In this document: piece by piece, positions 9,160 through 18,676 of the stretch | Numbering within the stretch: the first letter of the stretch is position 1 | Layout of the letters: each line of letters opens with the position of its first letter | From: Gemmatimonadota bacterium | GTDB taxonomy: Bacteria > JBHIER01 > G020348925 | DNA: 64,000 nt | Assembly: GCA_020348925.1 (NCBI GenBank) | Contig: CP070758.1 | Span: forward strand, 3,797,688-3,861,687 | Reading direction: 5' to 3' | Position numbers and translations under genes: made by a program | The notes under the pieces: generated by a model | The model's database searches: none | Seen by the model: only the letters and a program-made list of their open reading frames with translations | Told to the model about the DNA's origin: nothing

Positions 9160-10599
9160 ATGGCTCTCGAAAAAACCTTATCGCGGAGAAATTTTTTACG
9201 CTCGTCCGCTTCCGCAATGGGCCTTGTTTATCTCTCTGTCGTTGAACCGGAAATGTATGATCACACTCCTGGGGTACACGCTGTTGATTATCCAGGGCGT
9301 TTGTGTTACAATGAAAACCCTCTGGGCCCGTCACCGCAGGCACGGGCGGCGATGAGTAAAGCGGTTGCAATGGCACATCGTTATCCTGACTGGTTTTGCT
9401 CAAATCTGGAAAGCCGCATCGCAGCTCATCATGGTCTTCAACAAAACAACATCTGTGTGGGCGCTGGCGCGACGGAAGTCATTCGCCTCATAGCGGATGC
9501 CTTTTTAGGGCCTGGCGATGAGATGATTACGGCCACCCCCACGTATTCCCAGATGGGTTACGATGCGACATCGAACGGCGCCAGCGTTGTTGAAATACCG
9601 GTCGATGAGAATTATGACATTGATCTCCAGGGTATTTTTGAGGCTATTGGGTCCAACACCAGGATGATATCCCTGGTGAATCCCAATAATCCTCTGGCAA
9701 GAGTTATCAATAAAACCGATATGGAGGCGTTCATCAGAGAGGTTCCCACAGGTATCGTGGTCGTGGTGGATGAAGCCTATCATCATTACGTTCACTCCCC
9801 CGATTACGAAAGTTGCATCCGTTTCGTGGACGAAGGACTGCCCGTTGTTGTGGTGAGAACGTTTTCCAAAGCCTTCGGACTGGCCGGAGCCCGCATCGGA
9901 TATGCTGTGGCTTCCTCCGAATATACCCCTCTCATCGCTTCGACGCAATTGTTCGGAACGGTGAGCAACCTTGGCCAGGCCGCAGCCGAAGCGGCCCTGA
10001 ATGACATGAATCATGTGAACAATACCGTAGCGATCAACGACGAGGTGAAGGGCTTTCTTGAAACCGAGTTCACCCATTTGGGTTTGGATTTCATTCCCTC
10101 GGAAACAAATTTCATGATGATTGACGTTGGCACAGACGCCGAGACGGTGGTCTCCCAGCTTGCTTCCCGGGGTTTTCTGGTTCGCTCCGGCTGGGGAATG
10201 CGGCACCATATCCGAGTTTCAACCGGATTGATGCATGAGGCGGTGAGCTTCGTGGGAGCCTTAAAAGACGTCCTGGATCTCGGGTTCCATTACGGTCTCA
10301 AAGGGAGTGGTGAAAGTCCGAAAACCTTCGGCTTGAATTCTGTCTATCCCAACCCGTTCAACTCACAATGTAAAATCAAAATTACGGCCCATCGGGATGA
10401 GAACGTGTCACTGACAATTTATGACACACTGGGGCGCAAGGTGCGATCGCTGGTCCATCATCCGCTCCGAGCCGGAGTACATTATATTCCCTGGGATGGG
10501 AAAAACGCTCACGGAAACAGTGTTGCCTCGGGAGTGTACATCATCAGTCTTATACAAGGCGAATGTGCCGAAAGTTCCAGAGTTACATTGATTCGATAA
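9160..10599 (+). CDS. HisC-like class I/II PLP aminotransferase with Tat signal and C-terminal T9SS type-A/FlgD-Ig tail
   Basis: SRRNFL twin-arginine motif; NENPLGPS, YPD, NPNNP, VDEAY, RTFSKAFGLAGARIGY (PLP lysine); tail YPNPFN...IYDTLGRKVRSL...WDGKN..G.SVASGVY. RBS AGGAGAGG before ATG 9160. Confidence 0.88.
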   Translation: MALEKTLSRRNFLRSSASAMGLVYLSVVEPEMYDHTPGVHAVDYPGRLCYNENPLGPSPQARAAMSKAVAMAHRYPDWFCSNLESRIAAHHGLQQNNICVGAGATEVIRLIADAFLGPGDEMITATPTYSQMGYDATSNGASVVEIPVDENYDIDLQGIFEAIGSNTRMISLVNPNNPLARVINKTDMEAFIREVPTGIVVVVDEAYHHYVHSPDYESCIRFVDEGLPVVVVRTFSKAFGLAGARIGYAVASSEYTPLIASTQLFGTVSNLGQAAAEAALNDMNHVNNTVAINDEVKGFLETEFTHLGLDFIPSETNFMMIDVGTDAETVVSQLASRGFLVRSGWGMRHHIRVSTGLMHEAVSFVGALKDVLDLGFHYGLKGSGESPKTFGLNSVYPNPFNSQCKIKITAHRDENVSLTIYDTLGRKVRSLVHHPLRAGVHYIPWDGKNAHGNSVASGVYIISLIQGECAESSRVTLIR

Positions 10600-10790
10600 A
10601 AATGGAAATCTTTCAAGAGGAAACGGGCCCTTCTTCGTCAGCGAGAGAGTGCGCTGGCAAAGATCCAACCGAGGATGATTTCGAGAGAAACAAGAGGAAG
10701 GAAAATACGCATGGTCTCCATTGATTCGAAGCGAACAAACGTGAGGATGGGAAAAATGGAAGATACAAAATTATCGGAATACTGGGGAAT

Positions 10791-11249
10791 TTGGTGGTCG
10801 CCGATTTTCTGAATACGAAGCCGATCACGGTAACCTCAGATACTCCGATGGCCGAGATTGTCAAAATATTTCTGGATCACAGCTTCGGAGGTATTCCTGT
10901 CGTTGACGACGGTCTCCTCCAGGGTATGGCCTTGAAAAGAGATCTTCTGGAGATCTATTTCATACCCCACCACGAGGTGGATGATACCGAAAAATTGCTG
11001 CGCTTGGTCTCGCTCATGGATCCTCTCAAACCGGTCAGCGAGTTTATGGAACCTGATCCTATTACAGTCACCCCGGGGTACAAAGCTTCTCAGTTGGCCC
11101 AGCTCATGCTCAAAGATGACACGTTTCTCTTTCCGGTCATTAAAAAGAAGGGGCTTCTCCCATTCACCGCCAAGAGGAAATTCCTCGGAATCGTTACCCC
11201 GACAGATATGCTGCCGCTCCTTTACGAAGCTATGGTCAGAGAGGATTAA
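10791..11249 (+). CDS. Tandem CBS-domain protein
   Basis: PITV...GGIPVVD..L.G and V..FM..DPITV.P...FPV...LGIVT..D. Start uncertain: ATGs at 10747/10756 are out of frame, possibly a 1-nt deletion. Confidence 0.8.
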   Translation: MVVADFLNTKPITVTSDTPMAEIVKIFLDHSFGGIPVVDDGLLQGMALKRDLLEIYFIPHHEVDDTEKLLRLVSLMDPLKPVSEFMEPDPITVTPGYKASQLAQLMLKDDTFLFPVIKKKGLLPFTAKRKFLGIVTPTDMLPLLYEAMVRED

Positions 11250-11256
11250 AAGCATT

Positions 11257-12472
11257 ATGGAAGAATCCGGTCTCCATATGGGAGAAATATTTTTGGCCAT
11301 CACCCTGCTCTTGGTGCTGGCCAAACTGCTGGGGGAGGCGATGGAGCGACTGGGACAGCCCGCCATCTTGGCGAGCTGACCGCTGGCATCGTCCTGGGCT
11401 CTCATCTCCTGGGACCAGTCCTGTTTCACAAACCTTTATACGACATCGAGTCCATGGTCTTTCTCGGGGAAGTAGGGGCCATATTCCTGCTTTTTTCGGC
11501 CGGATATATGGAAGTCGACTTGAAGAGGCTCATCCGCATGGAAAAAGAGTCCCTCATCGTCGCCCTGCCCGGGGTCGCTGTGGCCTTCATGGCCGGTTTT
11601 CTTATCGGGAACTCATTTGGATACGGGTTCATTGGCAACCTTTTTCTCGGCTTGGCCTTGTCCATCACCAGCATCGGAGTGACGGTGCGAACGCTGATGG
11701 ATCTGGGGAGATTACAGACCGATTACGGCATGATTATCCTGGGAACGGCCATTATCGATGACATCCTGAGCCTCTTTATCCTGGCCATCCTCGTATCCAT
11801 GGCTCAACCACACGCCACCCTGACGGCATTCGGAGTAGGTTTTATACTCCTCAAAGTTATTGCGTTTTTTGTCGGTTCGGCGCTCTTTGCCATTTTTTTA
11901 CTCAGGCCTTTAGCCAGAATCACCAATAGATTTATTTTTGCTGAAAAGCGTTTGGGCATTATGCTCGGCGTCATCTTCTTTTTCTCACTTTTGGCCAAAG
12001 TTACGGGATTGCATATGATCATCGGTGCTTTCACTGCGGGAATGATTCTCGCTCTCCAACCCGATTTCAAGGCAAAGGACATCGAATACAAAGTGAACGG
12101 TTTGGCCTACGGCTTATTTATCCCTCTCTTTTTTGCTATACTGGGAACGAGGATCGACTTCGCTGCTTTAATGCAGGGCGGAAAACTGGCTCTGGGGATC
12201 ATTCTTGTGGCCATCGCCGGCAAAATATTGGGGGGGTTATTGGTGGGAGAATAATTCGGTACACGTTGAAAAAATCTCTCGTCATCGGCATAGGCCTCAT
12301 TCCCAAAACCGGCGTGGAGCTGGTCGTCATTTCGATAGCCCTAAGTGCCGGTATCATCGATCAAAAAGTCTTCACCGCCATTGTGGCCATGGTTGCTGTG
12401 ACAGTGATTCTGACTCCCCTCCTGTTGAAGCAAGCCATTGGTCTCTTGGAGAGAGGAGCGGAGCTCTTTTGA
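11257..12472 (+). pseudogene. Cation:proton antiporter (CPA2, KefB/NapA-like) with two frameshifts
   Basis: RLGQPAIL then GEL.AGIVLG in another frame (about 11371); SITSIGVTVR, AIIDD, GAF.AG, FIPLFF; second shift at the G-run about 12230-12237 rejoins SLVIGIGLIPK. Confidence 0.85.
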
Positions 12473-12708
12473 GTCGAAGAGAGGCGTTCCTTTCCTACCC
12501 TCCCTGGGCTCTCACGGGGGCACAATTGAATTTCCCCGCATTGTTCTCAAAACTTCGGAGTCGTGTTGAGCTGATTCGTGAGAAGTGAAACCCTCATGAA
12601 TTGACACGTGTCGAAATGATGTTGTTGCAGTGATGGACTACGAATCACGCGGAGTTCACTCAACGCCCGCGACAGTGCCCTTTTCGATTTCTCACCAAGG
12701 AGGTGGAC

Positions 12709-13401
12709 GTGACACAACAGATGAATGGAGAACAGCGGCTGGAATCTCCTCTTTCCCCCGGAGTTCTTTCTTGTTACAGTCATGCATGGAATATCATGCG
12801 GGAAAAATTTCTTGAATTTTTCGTCATCACTGTGATTGCCATAGCCCTAACACTTCCAACTGCGGGATTGTCTCTCAAAGACGAAATTCCGCCGTTCTTT
12901 GCGATGCAACTTTTTAGTTTTTCCCTTCTGTACACACTCGTCCTCTTCTGGCCCCTTGAATATGGAATCGATTTCGCGTTCTTAAAGGGGGCCAGAGGTG
13001 AGGACGTAAAGGTCAATGACATTTTTGAAGTTTTTAAAAATTATCTGAATGCTGTCCTGGCACACTTCATCGTCGGGGCAATCATAGGGATCGGAATACT
13101 GTGTTGCTTTGTCCCGGGGATCGTTTTTGCTTGCAAGTTGGCCTTTGTTCCCTATTTGGTCGTTGATAGGAAAATGGATGTGATCAACGCTCTCAAGGAG
13201 AGCTGGAGACTTACGACCGGACATTCGATGACCGTATTTCTTATCGGGCTCGTGTCGGTTCCCATATTTATCGCGGGATTGATGATTTGTTTCGTCGGAG
13301 TCATCATCTCCGCCATGTGGGTCGAACTGGCCTTTGCATCTCTGTATTGGTCAGTTGCCCGCTCGGCGGAGCCCGGATATGCAAACAATCGAAAAGTATA
13401 A
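12709..13401 (+). CDS. Integral membrane protein (DUF975-like)
   Basis: Several TM segments; IVFA..LAFVPYLVVD...ALKESWRLTTGH pattern; AAGGAGGT RBS before GTG 12709. Confidence 0.75.
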   Translation: MTQQMNGEQRLESPLSPGVLSCYSHAWNIMREKFLEFFVITVIAIALTLPTAGLSLKDEIPPFFAMQLFSFSLLYTLVLFWPLEYGIDFAFLKGARGEDVKVNDIFEVFKNYLNAVLAHFIVGAIIGIGILCCFVPGIVFACKLAFVPYLVVDRKMDVINALKESWRLTTGHSMTVFLIGLVSVPIFIAGLMICFVGVIISAMWVELAFASLYWSVARSAEPGYANNRKV

Positions 13402-13412
13402 AGGGGAAGATA

Positions 13413-13748
13413 ATGACCGCATGGATCATGGTTGCCGTGGCCGGTGGATCTCTTTTTCTATCAGGTATGGTTCTCGTAGCGCTTCGATATCGGCGAGGCG
13501 ATTTCAATCGATTCGAATTTCTCGTCCTCATGATAAGTGGTCTCGCTGTGGTCCCAATCGCCGTTTTCGGCGGGCTTTATGGAGAACCAGTGGTGGACTG
13601 GGCAGGATTTCTTTATTGCGTATGGTTGGGATTGATGACTGTTATGAGCTGCCGTCGTCGCAAGCGGATACACCACCACAGCAATGAATGCCCCGGAAGA
13701 GAGAACCTCTCTCCCGAAAACCGCTCCCCTGAAGGCGCAGGTATGTGA
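13413..13748 (+). CDS. Small three-TM hypothetical protein
   Basis: AAGGGG RBS, ATG 13413, three hydrophobic stretches. Confidence 0.55.
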   Translation: MTAWIMVAVAGGSLFLSGMVLVALRYRRGDFNRFEFLVLMISGLAVVPIAVFGGLYGEPVVDWAGFLYCVWLGLMTVMSCRRRKRIHHHSNECPGRENLSPENRSPEGAGM

Positions 13749-13938
13749 AGAGCAGAGACACGAGCCGATATGTGAGTGCCTGGCAAGGGATCACTACGCC
13801 CGAAGTGATTTTTCCCCTGTAAGTGCATCTTTTTGCACGTTACCACGTCGACAGATATTCCCGCGGATATTCGGTAAGATGATTATTTATTTGCACGTTA
13901 AGGGAGAAAACTGTGGCGAGACACTCCCGTGCATTCCT

Positions 13939-13954
13939 GGGCACAGTTTTTGCG
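13939..13954 (+). promoter_or_regulatory. Putative sigma54 promoter
   Basis: GGGCACAGTTTTTGCG = GGCAC-N5-TTGC, about 100 bp upstream of the first DUF362 gene. Confidence 0.6.
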
Positions 13955-14051
13955 ATACATTTCTGCGCGGCAGGTATTATGAGACATGGCGCTCTAAGGC
14001 TCTGTGGCTAATGGCTCAACAATATCCGAATACGAAGAGACAATGTACCCC

Positions 14052-15377
14052 ATGAAACACGTGAATAAAGGCGATCGTTTAACCATCTCCACCCGCAGAG
14101 AATTTCTCAGGCAAGTGGTGACGGTTGGGGCTTGGTCTTTCTTTGGCGTGAAGGGGATTCCCAAAATTGTGGGAGCCAACCCGCTGGTGTATCCTCCCCG
14201 TGCTCGAATACCGAATCCATACGTTTCTGACGAAGGGAAGCCGCTCCTTGTCACGGTTCTTGGGACTGATATTCGACAGATGCTGAGGGCTGGATTCGAG
14301 CGACTGGGTGGTCTTCACAAACTGATCAATGACAACCAGGACGTTCTCATCAAACCGAATCTCAATGGGGTCGATATCTATCCAGCTATTTCCAGTGCGG
14401 AGGCCATTGCAGCACTGGCTCAAGAAGTGGCGGAACGTACGACGGGAACCGTGAGGGTTGGGGACACGGGATTTCATTCGAGAGATGATGTGTACGCCCA
14501 TATCGATCTCGAGGGCGCACTCACAGGAACAGGAGCCGAGGCAGCCTATTTTACTGACACCTATAATGTCCGGAGGTCGTCGTGGAGCGATTCCAAACCG
14601 GACTATTTGGTGTACACCGATGTCTACGACGCACCGATCATAGTCAACTTTGCCTGCATGAAACGCCATTATCTGGCTCACATGAGTATGGCTCTGAAAA
14701 ATAATGTGGGAGCTGTGGCCGGCTCGGACGCGACGGAATCACGAGCATATCTTCATGGGCTCAGTGGCAATTCCTTTTTGGAGGAGGTCGCCGAAGTAGC
14801 CGGCCTTATTAATCCGGAATTGACCGTTGTCGACGCGCGGAGCGTCCTGGTCGGCAACGGTCCTTTTTCCGATATGCCTGACGCTCAGATCCTCCACGGC
14901 TTGAATTTTCTGATCATAAGTGGCGATATGATGGCTGTTGATCTTTACTGTTCCGTTCTTCTCCAAGGATATGATCGCGATTTTTCGTCGTCCCAAATCA
15001 TGCCCACCCTGAATCGGGCTCATGAATTGGGCTTAGGAGTGAGAGAATTGAGCGACGTCGAATTTGCGGAGACATACACGTGTGTCGAGAATCTTGAGGA
15101 CGGAACCATGCCTCTTCAGTTCGAACTGCATCAAAATCATCCCAATCCCTTTAATAGCTCAACACAAATTTGTTTCAGAATCCATGACAAAAATTCCGTT
15201 GCTCTTTACATCTATGATGCTCTGGGAAGAAAAATCTCAACGGTAATGAACCGCGAAATGGCCCCTGGTCAGTATTCGGTGGAATTTCACGGGAACAGCG
15301 TGCCGAGCGGCCTCTATTTTTATCAATTGAGAGTTGGGCCGCATCTCCTGACGAAAAAGATGACGCTGCTCAGATAA
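14052..15377 (+). CDS. DUF362-family protein with Tat signal and C-terminal T9SS type-A-like tail
   Basis: TRREFL; VLIKPN, KRH..A.MS.ALKN.VG, P.LTVVDA, GNGP, SGD..AVD; tail F.LHQNHPNPFN...IYDALGRKI...SGLYFYQL......KKMTLLR. Start could be 14043. Confidence 0.85.
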   Translation: MKHVNKGDRLTISTRREFLRQVVTVGAWSFFGVKGIPKIVGANPLVYPPRARIPNPYVSDEGKPLLVTVLGTDIRQMLRAGFERLGGLHKLINDNQDVLIKPNLNGVDIYPAISSAEAIAALAQEVAERTTGTVRVGDTGFHSRDDVYAHIDLEGALTGTGAEAAYFTDTYNVRRSSWSDSKPDYLVYTDVYDAPIIVNFACMKRHYLAHMSMALKNNVGAVAGSDATESRAYLHGLSGNSFLEEVAEVAGLINPELTVVDARSVLVGNGPFSDMPDAQILHGLNFLIISGDMMAVDLYCSVLLQGYDRDFSSSQIMPTLNRAHELGLGVRELSDVEFAETYTCVENLEDGTMPLQFELHQNHPNPFNSSTQICFRIHDKNSVALYIYDALGRKISTVMNREMAPGQYSVEFHGNSVPSGLYFYQLRVGPHLLTKKMTLLR

Positions 15378-15536
15378 TTCCACCCGCGCGGTTTTCGCCG
15401 AAAAAAGTCAGACGCGGAGCTTTAAACCCCCGAGCCCTGAAACATATCCTCCGCAGGTGTGGTCACATGGTAGTATCATAAGCCTGAAAATTCGGGGCAC
15501 CCATACAGCACGTTCAGAAGATCGGAGGGGTTCCAC

Positions 15537-16895
15537 ATGTGTCGCCGTGAAGAGAAAAGTCAAAGCAGACAGACACATCCGCGAAGAACGTTTCTGAAAA
15601 AAATAGCCTCACTGGGGATGCTGTCTCTGTTGGGGAGAGATATACTTCCCAGACGAGCGAACGCAGGTGTGACGGCCTTTCCGCCGCGAAAAAGAATTCC
15701 GAATCCGTACGTTTCCAGTGAGGGCAAGCCGATTCTGGTGTGTGTCTCGGGTACGGATTTCGGAGAGATGTTGCGGACAGGACTGGAGCGGATCGGCGGA
15801 CTTGAAAAACTGATCGACAGCAATCAGGATGTCCTCATCAAACCGAATCTGAACGCCTCGGATGTGTACCCCGCCATTTCCAGCGCGGAGTCCATTGCTG
15901 CCTTAGCTCGGGAAATTGGAGGCGTAACGAGTGGGAGTGTCAAGGTGGGCGATGTCGGGTTTCATTCGGCCAGTCGGGTTTACAATCACATCAATTTGGA
16001 GAAGACATTGAGCGGTACGGGAGCCGAGGCCGTCTATTTCTCAGAGACGTACGATGTTCGCCGAGCCCCATTTATCAAAACATTAGCCAGTAAATCGTTA
16101 TGGAATCCTTCGAAACCGAATATTTCGGTCTATTCCGATGCGTATGATGCCCCGATCATCATCAGTCTCACCTCCATCAAACGCCATTTTCTGGCCCACA
16201 TGAGCACGGCGCTCAAGAACAATGTGGGCGCTGTGGCCGGATCGGGCGCGAGTAGGTCACGGGAGTACCTTCACAGTCTCCGCGATAAGTCTTTTTTAAG
16301 AGAAGTTGCGGAAATTGCTCGGGTTATCCAACCGGAGTTGACTGTGGTCGATGCTCGAAGCGTACTCATCGGCAACGGTCCGTTTTCCGACTATCCTGGG
16401 GCGGAAATTCTCGACGGCATTCATCTGCTCATCATGAGCGGTGATATGATTGCTGTTGATCTCTATTGTTCCCTTCTTCTTCAAGGCTATGACGATACGT
16501 TTTCATCGTGGCAGATCAACTATACGGTCCAACATGCACATGCCCTGGGTGTCGGCGTGGGGAGTTTGGACGAAGTTGAGATTATTGAACCTGTCGCGTC
16601 AGTTGAAAGTTCACCTGGTTCATCCGTGCCGGGCGGGTTTGAATTGTATCAGAATTATCCCAATCCCTTTAACGCTTCAACTCACATCGGATTCCGTATT
16701 GAGGAAAAGAGGAATATCACGCTGCACGTTTATGATTCACTGGGACGAAGAGTTTCGACTCTTGTGAAAAGGGAGATGTCGCCTGGTGAGTATTCATTCA
16801 CATTTGACGGGAACGGATTACCGAGCGGCACCTATTTTTATCAACTCAAAGTGGGTCGAAGTCTTGTAACGAAGAAGATGATGTTGCTGAAGTGA
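15537..16895 (+). CDS. Second DUF362-family protein with Tat signal and C-terminal tail (paralog)
   Basis: PRRTFL; same DUF362 motifs; tail FELYQNYPNPFN...VYDSLGRRV...SGTYFYQL......KKMMLLK. Confidence 0.87.
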   Translation: MCRREEKSQSRQTHPRRTFLKKIASLGMLSLLGRDILPRRANAGVTAFPPRKRIPNPYVSSEGKPILVCVSGTDFGEMLRTGLERIGGLEKLIDSNQDVLIKPNLNASDVYPAISSAESIAALAREIGGVTSGSVKVGDVGFHSASRVYNHINLEKTLSGTGAEAVYFSETYDVRRAPFIKTLASKSLWNPSKPNISVYSDAYDAPIIISLTSIKRHFLAHMSTALKNNVGAVAGSGASRSREYLHSLRDKSFLREVAEIARVIQPELTVVDARSVLIGNGPFSDYPGAEILDGIHLLIMSGDMIAVDLYCSLLLQGYDDTFSSWQINYTVQHAHALGVGVGSLDEVEIIEPVASVESSPGSSVPGGFELYQNYPNPFNASTHIGFRIEEKRNITLHVYDSLGRRVSTLVKREMSPGEYSFTFDGNGLPSGTYFYQLKVGRSLVTKKMMLLK

Positions 16896-16927
16896 TGTCA
16901 GACCTGACTTCTGAAATTTGCCGATCT

Positions 16928-17467
16928 TCACCGATCCGATTTCTTTTTCACTTCCCAGCTTAAAAACCCCCATAAAATTCGTTTTTCAAGATACTGTTCG
17001 TGTTTCCTTTTTAACTCTTTTAATGCTCTCAGTTCAAGCTTCATTTCTGGAATTTTTTCGTTCAGTTTTTCAATTTTGCTTTGGACCGCCGCGATCTTTT
17101 TTCTGAGCGATTTGGCTTCTTTCTCCCGGTCACTCAATTTTGGCAAGGTAAAAAGTCCTCCTAAAAACGTAGAGTGCCTGCGGACAGAGACGGTGTCTGA
17201 CCGCATGAGTGTGTTGAGACTGTCCAGGTATTGCGTCCTTTCGGCCTGATGCCGTTTGAGCGCCTGTTCTATTCGGTCATTTTTTTCTTGCCACTCCTTC
17301 AATTCGGACTCGTTCAAAATGGGATATGTGCCGTACACACCTCCTAAAAATGAAGAGGCGGAATCTTCAGGCGTGTCTGTCGCATCCTCGAGCAGTAGAG
17401 CCCCGTGCACCTGAACAACCACGTTCCACAGAATGACAATTGTAAAAATGTAGATCCAGTGTTTCAT
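16928..17467 (-). CDS. Secreted coiled-coil hypothetical protein
   Basis: AAGGAG RBS, signal peptide ending VHG-A, long K/E-rich heptad stretches. Confidence 0.7.
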   Translation of the reverse strand: MKHWIYIFTIVILWNVVVQVHGALLLEDATDTPEDSASSFLGGVYGTYPILNESELKEWQEKNDRIEQALKRHQAERTQYLDSLNTLMRSDTVSVRRHSTFLGGLFTLPKLSDREKEAKSLRKKIAAVQSKIEKLNEKIPEMKLELRALKELKRKHEQYLEKRILWGFLSWEVKKKSDR

Positions 17468-17514
17468 GAGATGTCTCCTTTCTTTGAGAGCCGTATGAAA
17501 CTTATTGCAAGGCT

Positions 17515-17579
17515 AAGGTAGTCATATGAATGCGGCCAGTCAAATAGGAATGGATGAAGATGATGAAATTTTTGATGAA
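17515..17579 (-). promoter_or_regulatory. Sigma70 promoter with LytTR-type direct repeats
   Basis: Minus strand TTGACT(17543-17538)-N17-TACCTT; TTCATC repeats at 17553, 17562 and 17574, the outer pair 21 bp apart. Confidence 0.5.
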
Positions 17580-17639
17580 GGGGTTTGGAAACTGTGTAAG
17601 GACCATTCGTCAAAAAACGGTTGAGCTTCAGGTCCCAAC

Positions 17640-18668
17640 ATGTATATTTTAGGCGTCATGGTTTTCTTGAAAAAACATGGGTTCTTGAGAAGGCGAACAG
17701 GATATCACCTGACCTTCTGGTTTTGCATCTTCCTCATCATCTCTTTCGCATCCTTGGCGGCTTCGGCCACGGTCCTATTCTCTCTGACCTTAGCCTTGAG
17801 TCTCGTTATTCTTATGACCATTCCGGTCTATCTTCACTTTTACTTTCTCGATCATTTTTTCAATGCCAAGAGATACACCCTGTATGTGAGCCTCGTGATC
17901 GCCACCATTGTTGTCCTCAGTCCTCTCTTTTATCTCTACTTTTCCAATTTTTTCGGGACGAAGAACAATATTGTTCAATGGATGATCGATATCATCTTTG
18001 TCTTGGTAACGACGACGGCTATTAAATTTGTGAAACACGGCTTCCGGCAAAGATTGCAGTTGCATGAGATTAAGGCGAAACAGCTCCAGACGGAGTTGAG
18101 CTTACTGAAATCTCAGGTCAATCCTCATTTTCTCTTCAACACGTTAAACAATCTTTTTTCAATGGCATTGGAACACGGGGATAGAACCGTTGCCGAGGGT
18201 ATCTCCCGATTATCTCATCTCATGCGCTATATGATCCACGAAAGCGGCGAGGAGAAGGTCAGTCTCAAGAAAGAGGTCGAGCAACTCGAGCGTTTTATCG
18301 CACTGCAAAAAATGCGTTTTTCAGATGAGGATGCAATTCACATCGAATTTCAAGTGGAAGGTGATATGGACGGAATACAAATTCCGCCTATGATTCTGAT
18401 ACCCTTTGTGGAGAACGCCTTCAAGCATGGCATCAGTTTGTGTGATGCCTCGTCCATCGATATGCGTTTGGGTATAAACAGCAAGAGATTGATATTCTCC
18501 GTCGAGAATACAGTCCATCATGCGGTAAGGGGAATTCTGGAGAGCACTTCAGGGATTGGTCTTGAAAATGTGAAGCGGCGACTGGAGCTGCTCTATCCGA
18601 AAAATCATGAGCTCACCGTTCGCCAAGCCGACGATACATTCTCAGTTCGGTTGGTGTTACACTATTGA
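17640..18668 (+). CDS. LytS/YehU-family sensor histidine kinase
   Basis: N-terminal TMs; EL.LLKSQVNPHFLFNTLNN, PFVENAFKHG, SGIGLENVKRRLELLYP. Confidence 0.93.
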   Translation: MYILGVMVFLKKHGFLRRRTGYHLTFWFCIFLIISFASLAASATVLFSLTLALSLVILMTIPVYLHFYFLDHFFNAKRYTLYVSLVIATIVVLSPLFYLYFSNFFGTKNNIVQWMIDIIFVLVTTTAIKFVKHGFRQRLQLHEIKAKQLQTELSLLKSQVNPHFLFNTLNNLFSMALEHGDRTVAEGISRLSHLMRYMIHESGEEKVSLKKEVEQLERFIALQKMRFSDEDAIHIEFQVEGDMDGIQIPPMILIPFVENAFKHGISLCDASSIDMRLGINSKRLIFSVENTVHHAVRGILESTSGIGLENVKRRLELLYPKNHELTVRQADDTFSVRLVLHY

Positions 18669-18676
18669 GGTTTCGC

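Noticed and set aside
15496..15509. Second sigma54 site before DUF362 paralog 2
   Set aside because: GG-N10-GC spacing is right but the TT before GC is missing.
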